Below, piece by piece: positions 49,028 to 58,491 of a stretch of 64,000 bases of DNA. Numbering within the stretch: the stretch's first letter is position 1; every line of letters starts with the position of its first letter. Source of the stretch: Methanobacteriota archaeon (lineage in GTDB: Archaea > Thermoplasmatota > Thermoplasmata > SG8-5 > JAGLSY01); assembly GCA_020696385.1 (NCBI GenBank), contig JAEHCQ010000005.1:27336-91335 (forward strand). The letters are read 5' to 3'. The notes under the pieces were generated by a model. It saw only the letters and a list, made by a program, of their open reading frames with translations, was not told the origin of the DNA and did not search any database. Both the position numbers and the translations under genes were made by a program.

Positions 49028-49737
49028 TGGTCATCCTCCTCTATCTCCATCATCTCAATTATCTCGGAGGTTGTCACAGGTACTGCGAAACCATCAGCCA
49101 GTGTTCGTAAGGCCGACATGTGCAGTTCTTCAGTATCGGATGCTGTAGCATCGACCACCGCATAGACCTCCAGGTCCTGCATGAAGGCATCACGGCATGT
49201 TGATTCCACACATAGGTGGGTCTGCACGCCAGCTACTATTATTGAGCGGATTCGCATACCTGCCAATACAGAGGCCAGTGCCGTCCCTTTAAAGGCACTG
49301 TATCTTGATTTTCGTATCACCAGCTCATCGCCTTCCGGCTGCAGCTCGGGAGCTATCTGGCTCATTGTATCTGAGCCCCGGAGAACATCACCCCACCAGC
49401 GGCCCATTATTCCGGGTTCCTCGTCATCTGTGAGGGCATGTCGGGTGTAGATCACCGACATGTCATTCTGCCTGGCTATTTCGATCAACCGGGCAATATT
49501 AGGCAGAATCGCCTTCGAGGTTGGAACGAAGGCATGGCATTTTTCATCCAAAAAGAAGGACTGGCAGTCGATTATAAGAAGAACTGAATTACTTTTATCC
49601 AGGGCGAATCTCTTCTTCGCCCTGCAATAAGATTCCAGTTCGGATATCCACCCACTGGCCTTATCCTGAATATTGCCGAGATTAGCGTACTCCTCATCCT
49701 TAATGTATCCAATATCCTTGTCTGAAACCATGTACAT
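49024..49737 (-). CDS. Isochorismatase-family cysteine hydrolase
   Basis: IIDCQSFF, IRKSRYSAF, GVQTHLCVESTCRDA (D-K-C triad). Confidence 0.9.
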   Translation of the reverse strand: MYMVSDKDIGYIKDEEYANLGNIQDKASGWISELESYCRAKKRFALDKSNSVLLIIDCQSFFLDEKCHAFVPTSKAILPNIARLIEIARQNDMSVIYTRHALTDDEEPGIMGRWWGDVLRGSDTMSQIAPELQPEGDELVIRKSRYSAFKGTALASVLAGMRIRSIIVAGVQTHLCVESTCRDAFMQDLEVYAVVDATASDTEELHMSALRTLADGFAVPVTTSEIIEMMEIEEDDQ

Positions 49738-49892
49738 TCCTTCATGGTTTCCTGGTTTAGGGAGCTGGAAACTCTAAAACATTGCTCCGTATCCAGGGGT
49801 AAAATGAAACGGGTTAAAATATATTTTGGATAATATGAGGTGCGGATAAGTTTTAACTATCAATTCCACCATCACATCTGGAGAGTGACCAA

Positions 49893-51677
49893 ATGGCAGT
49901 AAGTTATCAGAACAAATATCTATCAATTGACTTGACAAGTGGAACAGTGGAAACAGGGGAGCCAGACCCCGCCGAGCTAGAGAAATTCCTCGGCGGCAAG
50001 GGCCTTGGCCTATCCCTGCTTTGTAAACTAGATACATCCACGGATGCGCTGGATCCTGATAATCCAATGATATTCCTTACTGGCCCGCTCACAGGCACGA
50101 CCATGACCACATCCAATCGGTCATGCATTGTCACACGCTCTCCACTCACAGGCGGCTTCCTGGATTCCCATGCTGGAGGAAAATATGGAACCGCGATCAA
50201 GGGTGCTGGCTATGATTATATAATTATCAAGGGCAAGTCTCAAAAACCAGTCTATATCCACGTGACTCCCGAAGGAACCGAGATACTGGATGCAGATGGA
50301 TTATGGGGAAAGGGATGCTTCGAGACAGAGGACATCATCAAGGAATCCTATCCAAAGGCAGAGATCGCCAGCATAGGACCGGCTGGCGAGAATCTTGTTA
50401 AATTCGCCTGCATCAGCACCGACAAATCGCGTCAGTTCGGCCGCGGAGGAACCGGGGCTGTCATGGGCTCGAAGAATCTTAAAGCACTTGTCATCGAGGG
50501 CAGGGAACTTACAAATTATCACAATTCTGACAAGTTCAGGGAGCTATCGAAGACCCTGACGAAAGACGTACTGGCACATCCAGGCAAGATCAAAAGAAAT
50601 GACCTCGGCACCATGATGTGGGTGCGCATGGGGCATGAAGATGGACATTTCCTGCCAACCCGTAATTTCCAGAAGGGACAGTTCGATGGCTATGAGGGCA
50701 TAACCTCCGAGGCGATGAAAAATGAACTCGGAGGATGGAAGAACACTGGATGTTTCAATTGTGCCATCCAGTGCTCGAAGGTCGCCGTCTGGGACGGCTA
50801 TGAATTCGAGGGCCCAGAGTACGAGACAACGGCCTACCTAGGATCTGGCTGCGAGATAGGGGATGCCAAGGCGGTCGCGAAGGCCAATTACATGTGCGAT
50901 GATCTTGGCCTGGATACGATCTCCGCAGGTGTTACGATATCCTTCGCGATGGAGGCTGCTGAGAAAGGGCTCCTGCCAGAGGAAGATAATGCCAGCATCA
51001 AATTCGGCAGCATTGAGAGCCTGCATGAGACCATACGGAAAATTGCATATCGTGAAGGCATCGGCGACATACTGGCTGAGGGCACACGCCTTGCCTCCAG
51101 AAAAATAGGCAAGGGCAGTGAGTATTTCGCCATCCAGATAGGCGGAATGGAACTGAGCGGTGTGAACCCACTGGGCAGTTATTCCATGGCACTGGCACTG
51201 GCGACATCGGACTTCGCCAGTCATACAAGATTATGGAGTTGCTCGGATGAGATGGCGGGCAACCTGGAACTGGACACGCTGCCGAATTATATTGCGGCTG
51301 GCCAGGATGATGTCAATATACGAAATTGCTTGATAGCCTGCGATTTCCTACCCTTTGGACTTGACAGGCTGGCTCCTCTGGTGGAAGAAGCTACTGGCTT
51401 CAGGACAACGAAGGAAAGCCTGCTTGCAATTGGTGAGAGGGTGCATAATCTGGCCAGAGAATACAATATGAGAACTGGTCGGACGCATGATGATGATATC
51501 CTGCCAGGGAGATTCCACGAGGAAGAATCTATCGCGGGTCTGATGAATGGGCAAAGGATCTCTAAAGAATTCTTCGAAAGCCAGCTTCAGGATTATTACA
51601 AGCTCAGAGGTTGGGATGATAAAGGCAGACCGACCAGGGAGACCATGGAAAAGGCTGATCTTGGCTCATATATTTGA
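49893..51677 (+). CDS. aor: Aldehyde:ferredoxin oxidoreductase family protein (W/Mo-pterin)
   Basis: LGGKGLG, SPLTGG..DSHAGG, SIGPAGENLV.FA, GRGGTGAVMGSKNLKA, C..C...C, GPEYET, DDLGLDTIS. Confidence 0.92.
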   Translation: MAVSYQNKYLSIDLTSGTVETGEPDPAELEKFLGGKGLGLSLLCKLDTSTDALDPDNPMIFLTGPLTGTTMTTSNRSCIVTRSPLTGGFLDSHAGGKYGTAIKGAGYDYIIIKGKSQKPVYIHVTPEGTEILDADGLWGKGCFETEDIIKESYPKAEIASIGPAGENLVKFACISTDKSRQFGRGGTGAVMGSKNLKALVIEGRELTNYHNSDKFRELSKTLTKDVLAHPGKIKRNDLGTMMWVRMGHEDGHFLPTRNFQKGQFDGYEGITSEAMKNELGGWKNTGCFNCAIQCSKVAVWDGYEFEGPEYETTAYLGSGCEIGDAKAVAKANYMCDDLGLDTISAGVTISFAMEAAEKGLLPEEDNASIKFGSIESLHETIRKIAYREGIGDILAEGTRLASRKIGKGSEYFAIQIGGMELSGVNPLGSYSMALALATSDFASHTRLWSCSDEMAGNLELDTLPNYIAAGQDDVNIRNCLIACDFLPFGLDRLAPLVEEATGFRTTKESLLAIGERVHNLAREYNMRTGRTHDDDILPGRFHEEESIAGLMNGQRISKEFFESQLQDYYKLRGWDDKGRPTRETMEKADLGSYI

Positions 51678-51823
51678 GCTTGTTAGAGATCTGGCATAGA
51701 ATAATGCCTTTGGAGTTTGTACAGGTCTCACAAAATATGAAAATGTACTTTTAATGTATGAATATTCGATATATTTATATACGGATAATACACAGCTTTA
51801 TATATTCAATTGTTAATTCAGGC

Positions 51824-52066
51824 GTGATGATGATCAGAGATGGTTATTATGGACGGGATAGCGACCATATTTTATTTGATATTGTAAAAGATCGTATGCT
51901 TAGGTCCGACCTATCCAGTTCAGAAAATCATCCCCGAATGGAAACAACCGAGATCGGCATGCTTTACCTGAAGTCCTTCCTGAACAACCTTGAGGAGAAG
52001 GGAATGGGAGACAAGGATTATTCTCTCGCATTGGCAAAGGCATTTTTGACATCCGTGGCCGCATAA
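51824..52066 (+). CDS. Small hypothetical protein
   Basis: About 80-aa ORF with a TATA-like ctttatata roughly 20-25 bp upstream. Confidence 0.5.
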   Translation: MMMIRDGYYGRDSDHILFDIVKDRMLRSDLSSSENHPRMETTEIGMLYLKSFLNNLEEKGMGDKDYSLALAKAFLTSVAA

Positions 52067-52175
52067 GAACTGTCTGGCATTTGTCTCAGACAGTTAACTA
52101 AGAGCATAACAATTGACAATCAATCTTTAGTTAAAATTATATATCCTACTGACTTCCCACATCAAAGGTGATATT

Positions 52176-53222
52176 ATTACTCTCAAGATAGCGATCATAG
52201 GATGCGGTGTTGTAGGCCAGGGACTCATGAAGATACTTCGTGACAAGAAAGAATTTTTGAAAGAGAGATACGGATTCGATGCAGAGGTCGTGGCCATATC
52301 CGACAAGTTCAAAGGCTCGATACTGGTCAAGGATGGAATTGACCTGGATGCCCTTATCAAACACATGGAAAGCACCGGCAAGGTGGATGGATTCGAGGCC
52401 ACTGGCGCCATAACTGGCCTGGAGCCAATCGAGACCATCAGACAATCCGGAGCAGACATTATTGCAGAAGCTTCTTTCACAGACATCAAAACAGGCGAGC
52501 CAGCAACTTCCCATGTCAGAGAAGCACTGGGAAGCGGAAAGCATGTCGTGACAACGAACAAGGGACCAGTTGCCTTGTTCGTGAGAGAATTGGAGACATT
52601 GGCAAAACAGAACAATGTCCAGTTCAGATACGAGGGCGCGGTAATGTCCGGAACTCCCATCTTCAACCTTATCGAATTCTGCCTCGCTGGAAATGATATC
52701 CGCGAGGTTAAAGGAATCCTCAATGGAACAACCAACTTCATCCTCACTAAAATGGAAGAGGATGACATGGCATACGAGGATGCACTGACACTTGCTCAGA
52801 GTCTCGGATATGCAGAGGCAGACCCAACCGGCGATGTGGAAGGATACGATGCACTGGCCAAGGTCATGCAATTATCCAATATTGTTCTTGGTGGAAGTCT
52901 GACCGAAAGCGATATTGAGCGCGAGGGAATAACTGGCATCACATCAGATATGATTAAAGCCGCAGCTTCGGAAGGCATGAGGTACAAGCTCATTGGATCA
53001 ACACGAAAAGAGGGCGGTAAGATAATCGCCTATGTGAAACCGGTCAAGATGCCACTCAGTGACCCGCTGGCAGGAGTAGGCGGTGCGATAAACGCCCTCA
53101 CATTCAGTTGTGACCTATCCGGTGATGTTACTATTCAAGGGCCGGGCGCAGGTCAGATGGAAACTGGATTCGCATTGCTCATTGACATACTGGCCATAAA
53201 CTCGGCTGTCAACTGTTGCTGA
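52176..53222 (+). CDS. hom: Homoserine dehydrogenase (apparent ATT start)
   Basis: KIAIIGCGVVG upstream of the first ATG; HVVTTNKGP, EGAVMSGTP, GILNGTTNFIL, GYAEADP..DVEG.DA..K. Confidence 0.92.
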   Translation: MTLKIAIIGCGVVGQGLMKILRDKKEFLKERYGFDAEVVAISDKFKGSILVKDGIDLDALIKHMESTGKVDGFEATGAITGLEPIETIRQSGADIIAEASFTDIKTGEPATSHVREALGSGKHVVTTNKGPVALFVRELETLAKQNNVQFRYEGAVMSGTPIFNLIEFCLAGNDIREVKGILNGTTNFILTKMEEDDMAYEDALTLAQSLGYAEADPTGDVEGYDALAKVMQLSNIVLGGSLTESDIEREGITGITSDMIKAAASEGMRYKLIGSTRKEGGKIIAYVKPVKMPLSDPLAGVGGAINALTFSCDLSGDVTIQGPGAGQMETGFALLIDILAINSAVNCC

Positions 53223-53353
53223 ACTCCGAGCACCAGGATATACTATACAGAATGGAGATCATGCTTCGATCCGATAGCCAATTAGAATAGATATCAATAA
53301 AGGGATTTAGGGCATAATGTTAATAATGTACCTGTCAATGGACACAAGGAGGA

Positions 53354-54337
53354 ATGTGGATGAATATTCTGATAGTTGAAGATTATGAGCCGTCGATAGA
53401 CAAGCTGGGAGCGATCTTGACCAAAGCAGGTCATGAGGTCATGTCCGCCAAGAATGGAAATGACGGACTTGAGAAATACAGAAAGGACGTGTATGATGTC
53501 GTATTCATGGACTGGACACTCCCTGACATGGATGGAAACAGGCTTGCCAGTGATATGCGTGATACCGATACAATGAGACAGAGGAATTCCTATCTCATCA
53601 TGACCACTGGAAGGTCCAAAAAACATGATATGTTGGAGGCCATGGAGGCTGGCATTGATGATTTCATGCTCAAGCCCTATGATAAGGCAGTTGTAATGTC
53701 CAGGTTGACCATTGCCAAGCAGATAATGGATGCCAGGGATAATAAGACAGTCGGAGCCCCAGATATCATGGACATATTCGAGAAGGAGCATGAGCTGGTC
53801 AGCAGGGTGACTGGCATAATGGAGATGACATACAATATGCTGGATGAATCACGCCCCATACCCCAGAAACTCCTGACATGGTGCACATCCTCTGCTTTCC
53901 TTTTGGACTTCCAAGTGCATGAGAGGAAAGAGGATTTCTATATCGAAAGATTCATTGAAAGAGCCAAGGAAGAGCATGGCAAGACCTCGGAATTATTTTC
54001 CAGATCGTCAATGGCACAGATAATGAAGGAGCATGAGATAATCAAGAGGCTCCTCATAAATATGCAGAAGACCATCAATAATAAGAATACTGATGGAGAA
54101 TTTGACATACAGAAATTAATGAAATTCATTGGCCAGTATGTGGAATTGATAAGAATGCATAAGGCCCGTGAGGACGATATCTTCTTCCCCTTTACGATGA
54201 GATATCTAAATGATGATGATATCGAGTATTTGAAGGGTGAGTTCCAGAAGATAGACGAGAAGGTGGGCATTGAAAAGATAGATGCCAGGATTAAGACACT
54301 GGGTCACCTTGAGGACGTCCTAAAGATCAAGGTATGA
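53354..54337 (+). CDS. Response regulator: receiver domain plus hemerythrin-like domain
   Basis: ILIVED, VFMDWTLPDMDG, GIDDFMLKP; HE...H..KE..EH...H..RED..FP. Confidence 0.85.
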   Translation: MWMNILIVEDYEPSIDKLGAILTKAGHEVMSAKNGNDGLEKYRKDVYDVVFMDWTLPDMDGNRLASDMRDTDTMRQRNSYLIMTTGRSKKHDMLEAMEAGIDDFMLKPYDKAVVMSRLTIAKQIMDARDNKTVGAPDIMDIFEKEHELVSRVTGIMEMTYNMLDESRPIPQKLLTWCTSSAFLLDFQVHERKEDFYIERFIERAKEEHGKTSELFSRSSMAQIMKEHEIIKRLLINMQKTINNKNTDGEFDIQKLMKFIGQYVELIRMHKAREDDIFFPFTMRYLNDDDIEYLKGEFQKIDEKVGIEKIDARIKTLGHLEDVLKIKV

Positions 54338-54422
54338 ACCAATCCAAGATTTGATTAATGTCTTCCCAAGCATTTATCCATCTCCACTAATCGTTAAGTA
54401 AGATGGAGTATTTTCCAGTTCT

Positions 54423-55427
54423 ATGAAGGCCGACATCAATGGGAATATAGAGGATATAAGAGCAGTGTGGATGGAAGGAAAAACCGTCCAGATGATCGAG
54501 CAGAGACTACTTCCACATAAACTTGAGATATTCACTGCCAGGACAGTGGACGAGGTATGTTATTCCATAAAGGAAATGGTTACTCGCGGTGCTCCAGCAA
54601 TAGGTGTCACAGCAGCCTACGGCATGGCACTGGCAGTTCTCACAGGCGAAGATATTGATGATGCAGCAAAGAGATTGAAGGCCACACGCCCCACAGCATA
54701 CGACCTTTTTCATGCTGTGGATCACATGCTGGACAAACTGGCTAATGGCGAGGAAGCTGTTAGCGTGGCAGAGGAATATGCAAACTCCATCGTGGAAAAA
54801 TGCAGGCTGATCGGAGAATATGGTGAGCCACTAATACCAGATGGAGGAGTTGTTCTCACACACTGCAATGCAGGTGCACTGGCCACCGTGGACCACGGGA
54901 CCGCACTCGCACCCATGAGAGCGGCCCATAACAAAGGAAAGAAGATCTTTGTGTTCGCGGATGAAACGCGCCCCAGACTTCAGGGCGCGGCATTGACATC
55001 CTGGGAACTGGTGCAGGAAGGCATTGACCATGCGATAATCGCTGACAATGCAGCTGGCCATTATATGCTGAGAAAGGAGGTCGACCTGTGCATAACAGGA
55101 GCAGACAGGATAACAGCCAATGGAGACTTTGCCAATAAGATAGGGACCTATGAGAAGGCGGTTGTGGCAAAGGAGAATGGGATACCGTTCTATGTAGCGG
55201 CTCCTGTGAGCACATTTGATTTCAACCTGGCATCTGGTATGGACATCCCAATTGAAGAGAGAGATCAAGACGAGGTAAGGATTGTCAATGGCGGGCTTAT
55301 CTGCCACAAGGACGCGAAAGCCAGGAATCCTGCTTTCGATGTCACACCAGCTAAATTCGTAGCTGGCTTCATAACCGAGATCGGTGTGTTGAAACCGGAT
55401 GAGATCCACAAGTTAAAAGTAAAGTGA
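54423..55427 (+). CDS. mtnA: S-methyl-5-thioribose-1-phosphate isomerase (eIF2B-like family)
   Basis: RGAPAIG, TRPTA..L, THCNAGALAT, ETRPRLQG, GADRI, NKIGTY, NPAFDVTP. Confidence 0.92.
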   Translation: MKADINGNIEDIRAVWMEGKTVQMIEQRLLPHKLEIFTARTVDEVCYSIKEMVTRGAPAIGVTAAYGMALAVLTGEDIDDAAKRLKATRPTAYDLFHAVDHMLDKLANGEEAVSVAEEYANSIVEKCRLIGEYGEPLIPDGGVVLTHCNAGALATVDHGTALAPMRAAHNKGKKIFVFADETRPRLQGAALTSWELVQEGIDHAIIADNAAGHYMLRKEVDLCITGADRITANGDFANKIGTYEKAVVAKENGIPFYVAAPVSTFDFNLASGMDIPIEERDQDEVRIVNGGLICHKDAKARNPAFDVTPAKFVAGFITEIGVLKPDEIHKLKVK

Positions 55428-55558
55428 GAAAGATCAACTCAGAAATGGGTAGATATTAGAAAACTTCTTAATAAGCCAGAGACTTATGCGACTGTATTAA
55501 CCATTGTTAATAAGAACGTTAATATTTAATAATAGTTAACATATTCACAATCGATAAT

Positions 55559-55825
55559 ATGGCGAGCGAAGTGTATCAACTGGTAGAGAAAGAACTTGAT
55601 TTTTTAGGTGACATACTTTGTGCCGGAATAATCAAAAAAGGATTGAGCAAGGTTCCGGCATCTCCGGATGATGCCTGTGTCGATGACATGATGATGGCAT
55701 TGGACCTCCACATAAAAACAGCTCTGGTAACTTTTGTAGGTGTAGATGAGGCAAATTTGAAGATCCTCAACCTGAAAAAGAAACTGGCAGGCCTCAATGG
55801 CGGAGGTGTTTCCAATGGAAGCTAA
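55559..55825 (+). CDS. Small helical hypothetical protein
   Basis: 88-aa ORF overlapping the next gene. Confidence 0.65.
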   Translation: MASEVYQLVEKELDFLGDILCAGIIKKGLSKVPASPDDACVDDMMMALDLHIKTALVTFVGVDEANLKILNLKKKLAGLNGGGVSNGS

Positions 55826-56900
55826 AGAGTTCCTTAAAAATCCAATGATCCTTCTTCTTATCATTTTTGGGATAATATCTACAATTGTGTATCTGGGTAT
55901 TCCCGAAGACAGTGACAATTTCATTTCCATGACCTACCTTGTCTACCTTGCCTCAACATACATCAGCACAGTGATGTTGTTCTATGTCGTCAAATTCTAT
56001 GGTACGAAGAGCTTTGAGGGGAAGGTCTGGCTACTAATCTCAGTAGGTATGCTCCTTTGGGCTCTGGGTGAGACCATTTGGTATTACTACGATGCAGTTG
56101 CTGGAGTGGATCCGTTTCCATCCATTGCGGATGTGGCCTACATTGTCGCCTATCTGCCAATTGCATTCGCCTTCATCTATAAGGCGAAGTTCACAAAGGC
56201 AAAGTTCGATATGAAAAAGACCGCGGCGATCGCCATAATTCTAATTCTCATAGCCTTGCCCACAGCGATATATGTCGCAGGCCCGATATTGGCTGATGAA
56301 GGTGTTCTGGACATGGATGGAAATGCTATGGACGATGCCCCCTATTATTACTTCATGACTGCCGAAGATGGCGTGATGCCAGATACTTTCATTGTGGCTG
56401 ATGAAGAAGTTTATGACGTTGCCGTCAATGCGACCATCGTGATGGAGCTGGACCCAAGTGTTGATATTGACAGTGTGGAGGAGATGTTCGGCCTCTATGA
56501 TATTGACTGGGAATACATTGATGGAACATTCGAATGGAATGGGACCACTGTGACATTCACACCTGACGAAGCACTTGAGCCAGGCGCGGAATATGAAGCC
56601 GAGGTTTACATCGGATATGGTTCATTGGAAAAAGGCATAAGTCTGCTATACCCCATGCTTGACCTGGTATTGCTGGCCTTCGCGTTGTTCATCGCATTCT
56701 ACTGGGGCTCATCTGTATCTGGTGGGTGGTACATTGTTTCCATCGCTATTGCTCTCACCACATTGGCTGATATTGGCTTTACTTTCTTGGATTGGCAGGG
56801 ATTATCCTTCCCGCCTATGGATCTTCTATGGGTGGCCAGCTACCTGGCCTTCGCCATGGGCGGAATATACCAGAAGATGCTGCATGAATCATTCATGTAA
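55815..56900 (+). CDS. Multi-TM MASE-like membrane protein with an extracellular Ig-like insert
   Basis: WALGETIW.YY...PFPSIAD..Y and LAD..F...D TM motifs; acidic beta insert with TVTFTPDEALEPG..Y. Confidence 0.75.
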   Translation: MEAKEFLKNPMILLLIIFGIISTIVYLGIPEDSDNFISMTYLVYLASTYISTVMLFYVVKFYGTKSFEGKVWLLISVGMLLWALGETIWYYYDAVAGVDPFPSIADVAYIVAYLPIAFAFIYKAKFTKAKFDMKKTAAIAIILILIALPTAIYVAGPILADEGVLDMDGNAMDDAPYYYFMTAEDGVMPDTFIVADEEVYDVAVNATIVMELDPSVDIDSVEEMFGLYDIDWEYIDGTFEWNGTTVTFTPDEALEPGAEYEAEVYIGYGSLEKGISLLYPMLDLVLLAFALFIAFYWGSSVSGGWYIVSIAIALTTLADIGFTFLDWQGLSFPPMDLLWVASYLAFAMGGIYQKMLHESFM

Positions 56901-57154
56901 AGGATCTGGACAATCAAAAGATCCGCATACAAAACAATATGGACAATTCAATTCATAATAGAGGTAGAGCCGGATAAGTTGTCAGGAATTAAGTAAATCA
57001 GTGATCCTCTAGCCTTTACCGGCTCCAGTATTATTATACGTGTCTTGTCCTTATAATACTTTTGGATGAATAATCCAGCTTTTGTAACTTTGGATGAGCC
57101 TTCCATTTCCACAATAACCTTTTAAACAATCAGGTTTATCATCGCCCTGATATC

Positions 57155-58348
57155 ATGAAGCTGGTAACTACCTGGTTTGGCGTTTTCATCCTGGATGAGG
57201 ACGAAATAGTCGAGAAGATCCTATTCCCCAAGGAAGCAGAGGAGATCGCCAAGAGGATGAAGACCATCCAGAACAAGCGCATACTGGCCGAAGAAGAAGA
57301 AATGGCTGGTGGCAAACAGGTGTTCGTCTTCGATGAAAGGCTGGTCATGATCGGAGAGATGTTATTTGACAATCCACCCTTTATTTCACCAGATGACCAT
57401 GATTTTTCCAGCCAATTACTAAATCAAGCAATGATAATAGTCGGCAAGGACATGGTCAGAACCAGTGGTTCTCCCGACCAGCAAATACTCCAGGCCATAA
57501 GGGCGATGGATGACTTTGACAAAACCATCAATCTTCTTTCAGAAAGATTGCATGAATGGCATGAGATCAATTTTCCAGAACTATCAAAGCTGGTCTCTGA
57601 AAAGGATTATTTCAATTTAATAGCCGAGCATGGCGACCGTGAGAGCATTCTGGCCAACTCCAAGATAGATATCCCGGATTCAATGGGCTCGGAGATAGAG
57701 CCAGAGGATGCCGAGGCCATGAAGATGATGGCCGGTAATATCCTGAAGGCGATTGAAACCAGAGAGGATCTGGAGAAGTTCGTTCAGAAACGCATGGAGG
57801 CCTTCGCACCCAATACAACTCAGATTGCTGGCCCTCTGATAGGGGCCCGATTGATATCTCTTGCTGGCAGCATGGAAAAATTGGCAAAAATGCCGACCAG
57901 TACAGTTCAGATACTGGGAGCTGAAAAAGCATTCTTCAAGCACATTAGGGAGAAGGTCAACCCACCAAAACACGGGATCATTTTCCAGAATCCCGTGATA
58001 CACCGCGCTCCATACTGGCAGAGAGGGAATATATCCCGGGCATTGTCAAGTAAGATATCCATGGCCGTGAAAGTTGATTTCTTCGGCGATGGAAAGATGA
58101 TCGCCGATGAATTGCAAAAGGACCTGGAAAGAAAAGTGGCGGAGATAAAGAAGAAGTATCCGGAAGCTCCTGCAAAGAAGAGGAATCCAACTCCAAGCCA
58201 CAGAACGGGGCAGAAGCCAGGAGGACGCCCTGGTGGAAATAGACAGGGCGGGCATGACAATCGCAGGGACAGTAGAGGTGGTGGCGATAGGAGAAAAGGA
58301 CAGTCTGGCCAGGGTCGAAAGTATGATTCCAGGCGCAAGAAGAATTGA
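57155..58348 (+). CDS. nop5: Nop5 (Nop56/58) box C/D sRNP protein
   Basis: ERLHEWH...FPEL, APN...AGPLIGARLI, STVQILGAEKA, PKHGIIF, RGNISR.L. Confidence 0.95.
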   Translation: MKLVTTWFGVFILDEDEIVEKILFPKEAEEIAKRMKTIQNKRILAEEEEMAGGKQVFVFDERLVMIGEMLFDNPPFISPDDHDFSSQLLNQAMIIVGKDMVRTSGSPDQQILQAIRAMDDFDKTINLLSERLHEWHEINFPELSKLVSEKDYFNLIAEHGDRESILANSKIDIPDSMGSEIEPEDAEAMKMMAGNILKAIETREDLEKFVQKRMEAFAPNTTQIAGPLIGARLISLAGSMEKLAKMPTSTVQILGAEKAFFKHIREKVNPPKHGIIFQNPVIHRAPYWQRGNISRALSSKISMAVKVDFFGDGKMIADELQKDLERKVAEIKKKYPEAPAKKRNPTPSHRTGQKPGGRPGGNRQGGHDNRRDSRGGGDRRKGQSGQGRKYDSRRKKN

Positions 58349-58491
58349 GCTTTAGGACGATCCACTCCAGTTTCACTCACCTATTGGTCAATATACAGCC
58401 GGTATTTTCAAGTAGAGCTTTGCATAGTTCCAAAAGCTTAATTACCTTCAAGGTATTTCCAAAATATAATCCGAGCGAGGGAAGTGAGTTC

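Noticed and set aside
52146-52871. 241-aa minus-strand ORF
   Set aside because: Shadow of hom; no recognisable motifs.
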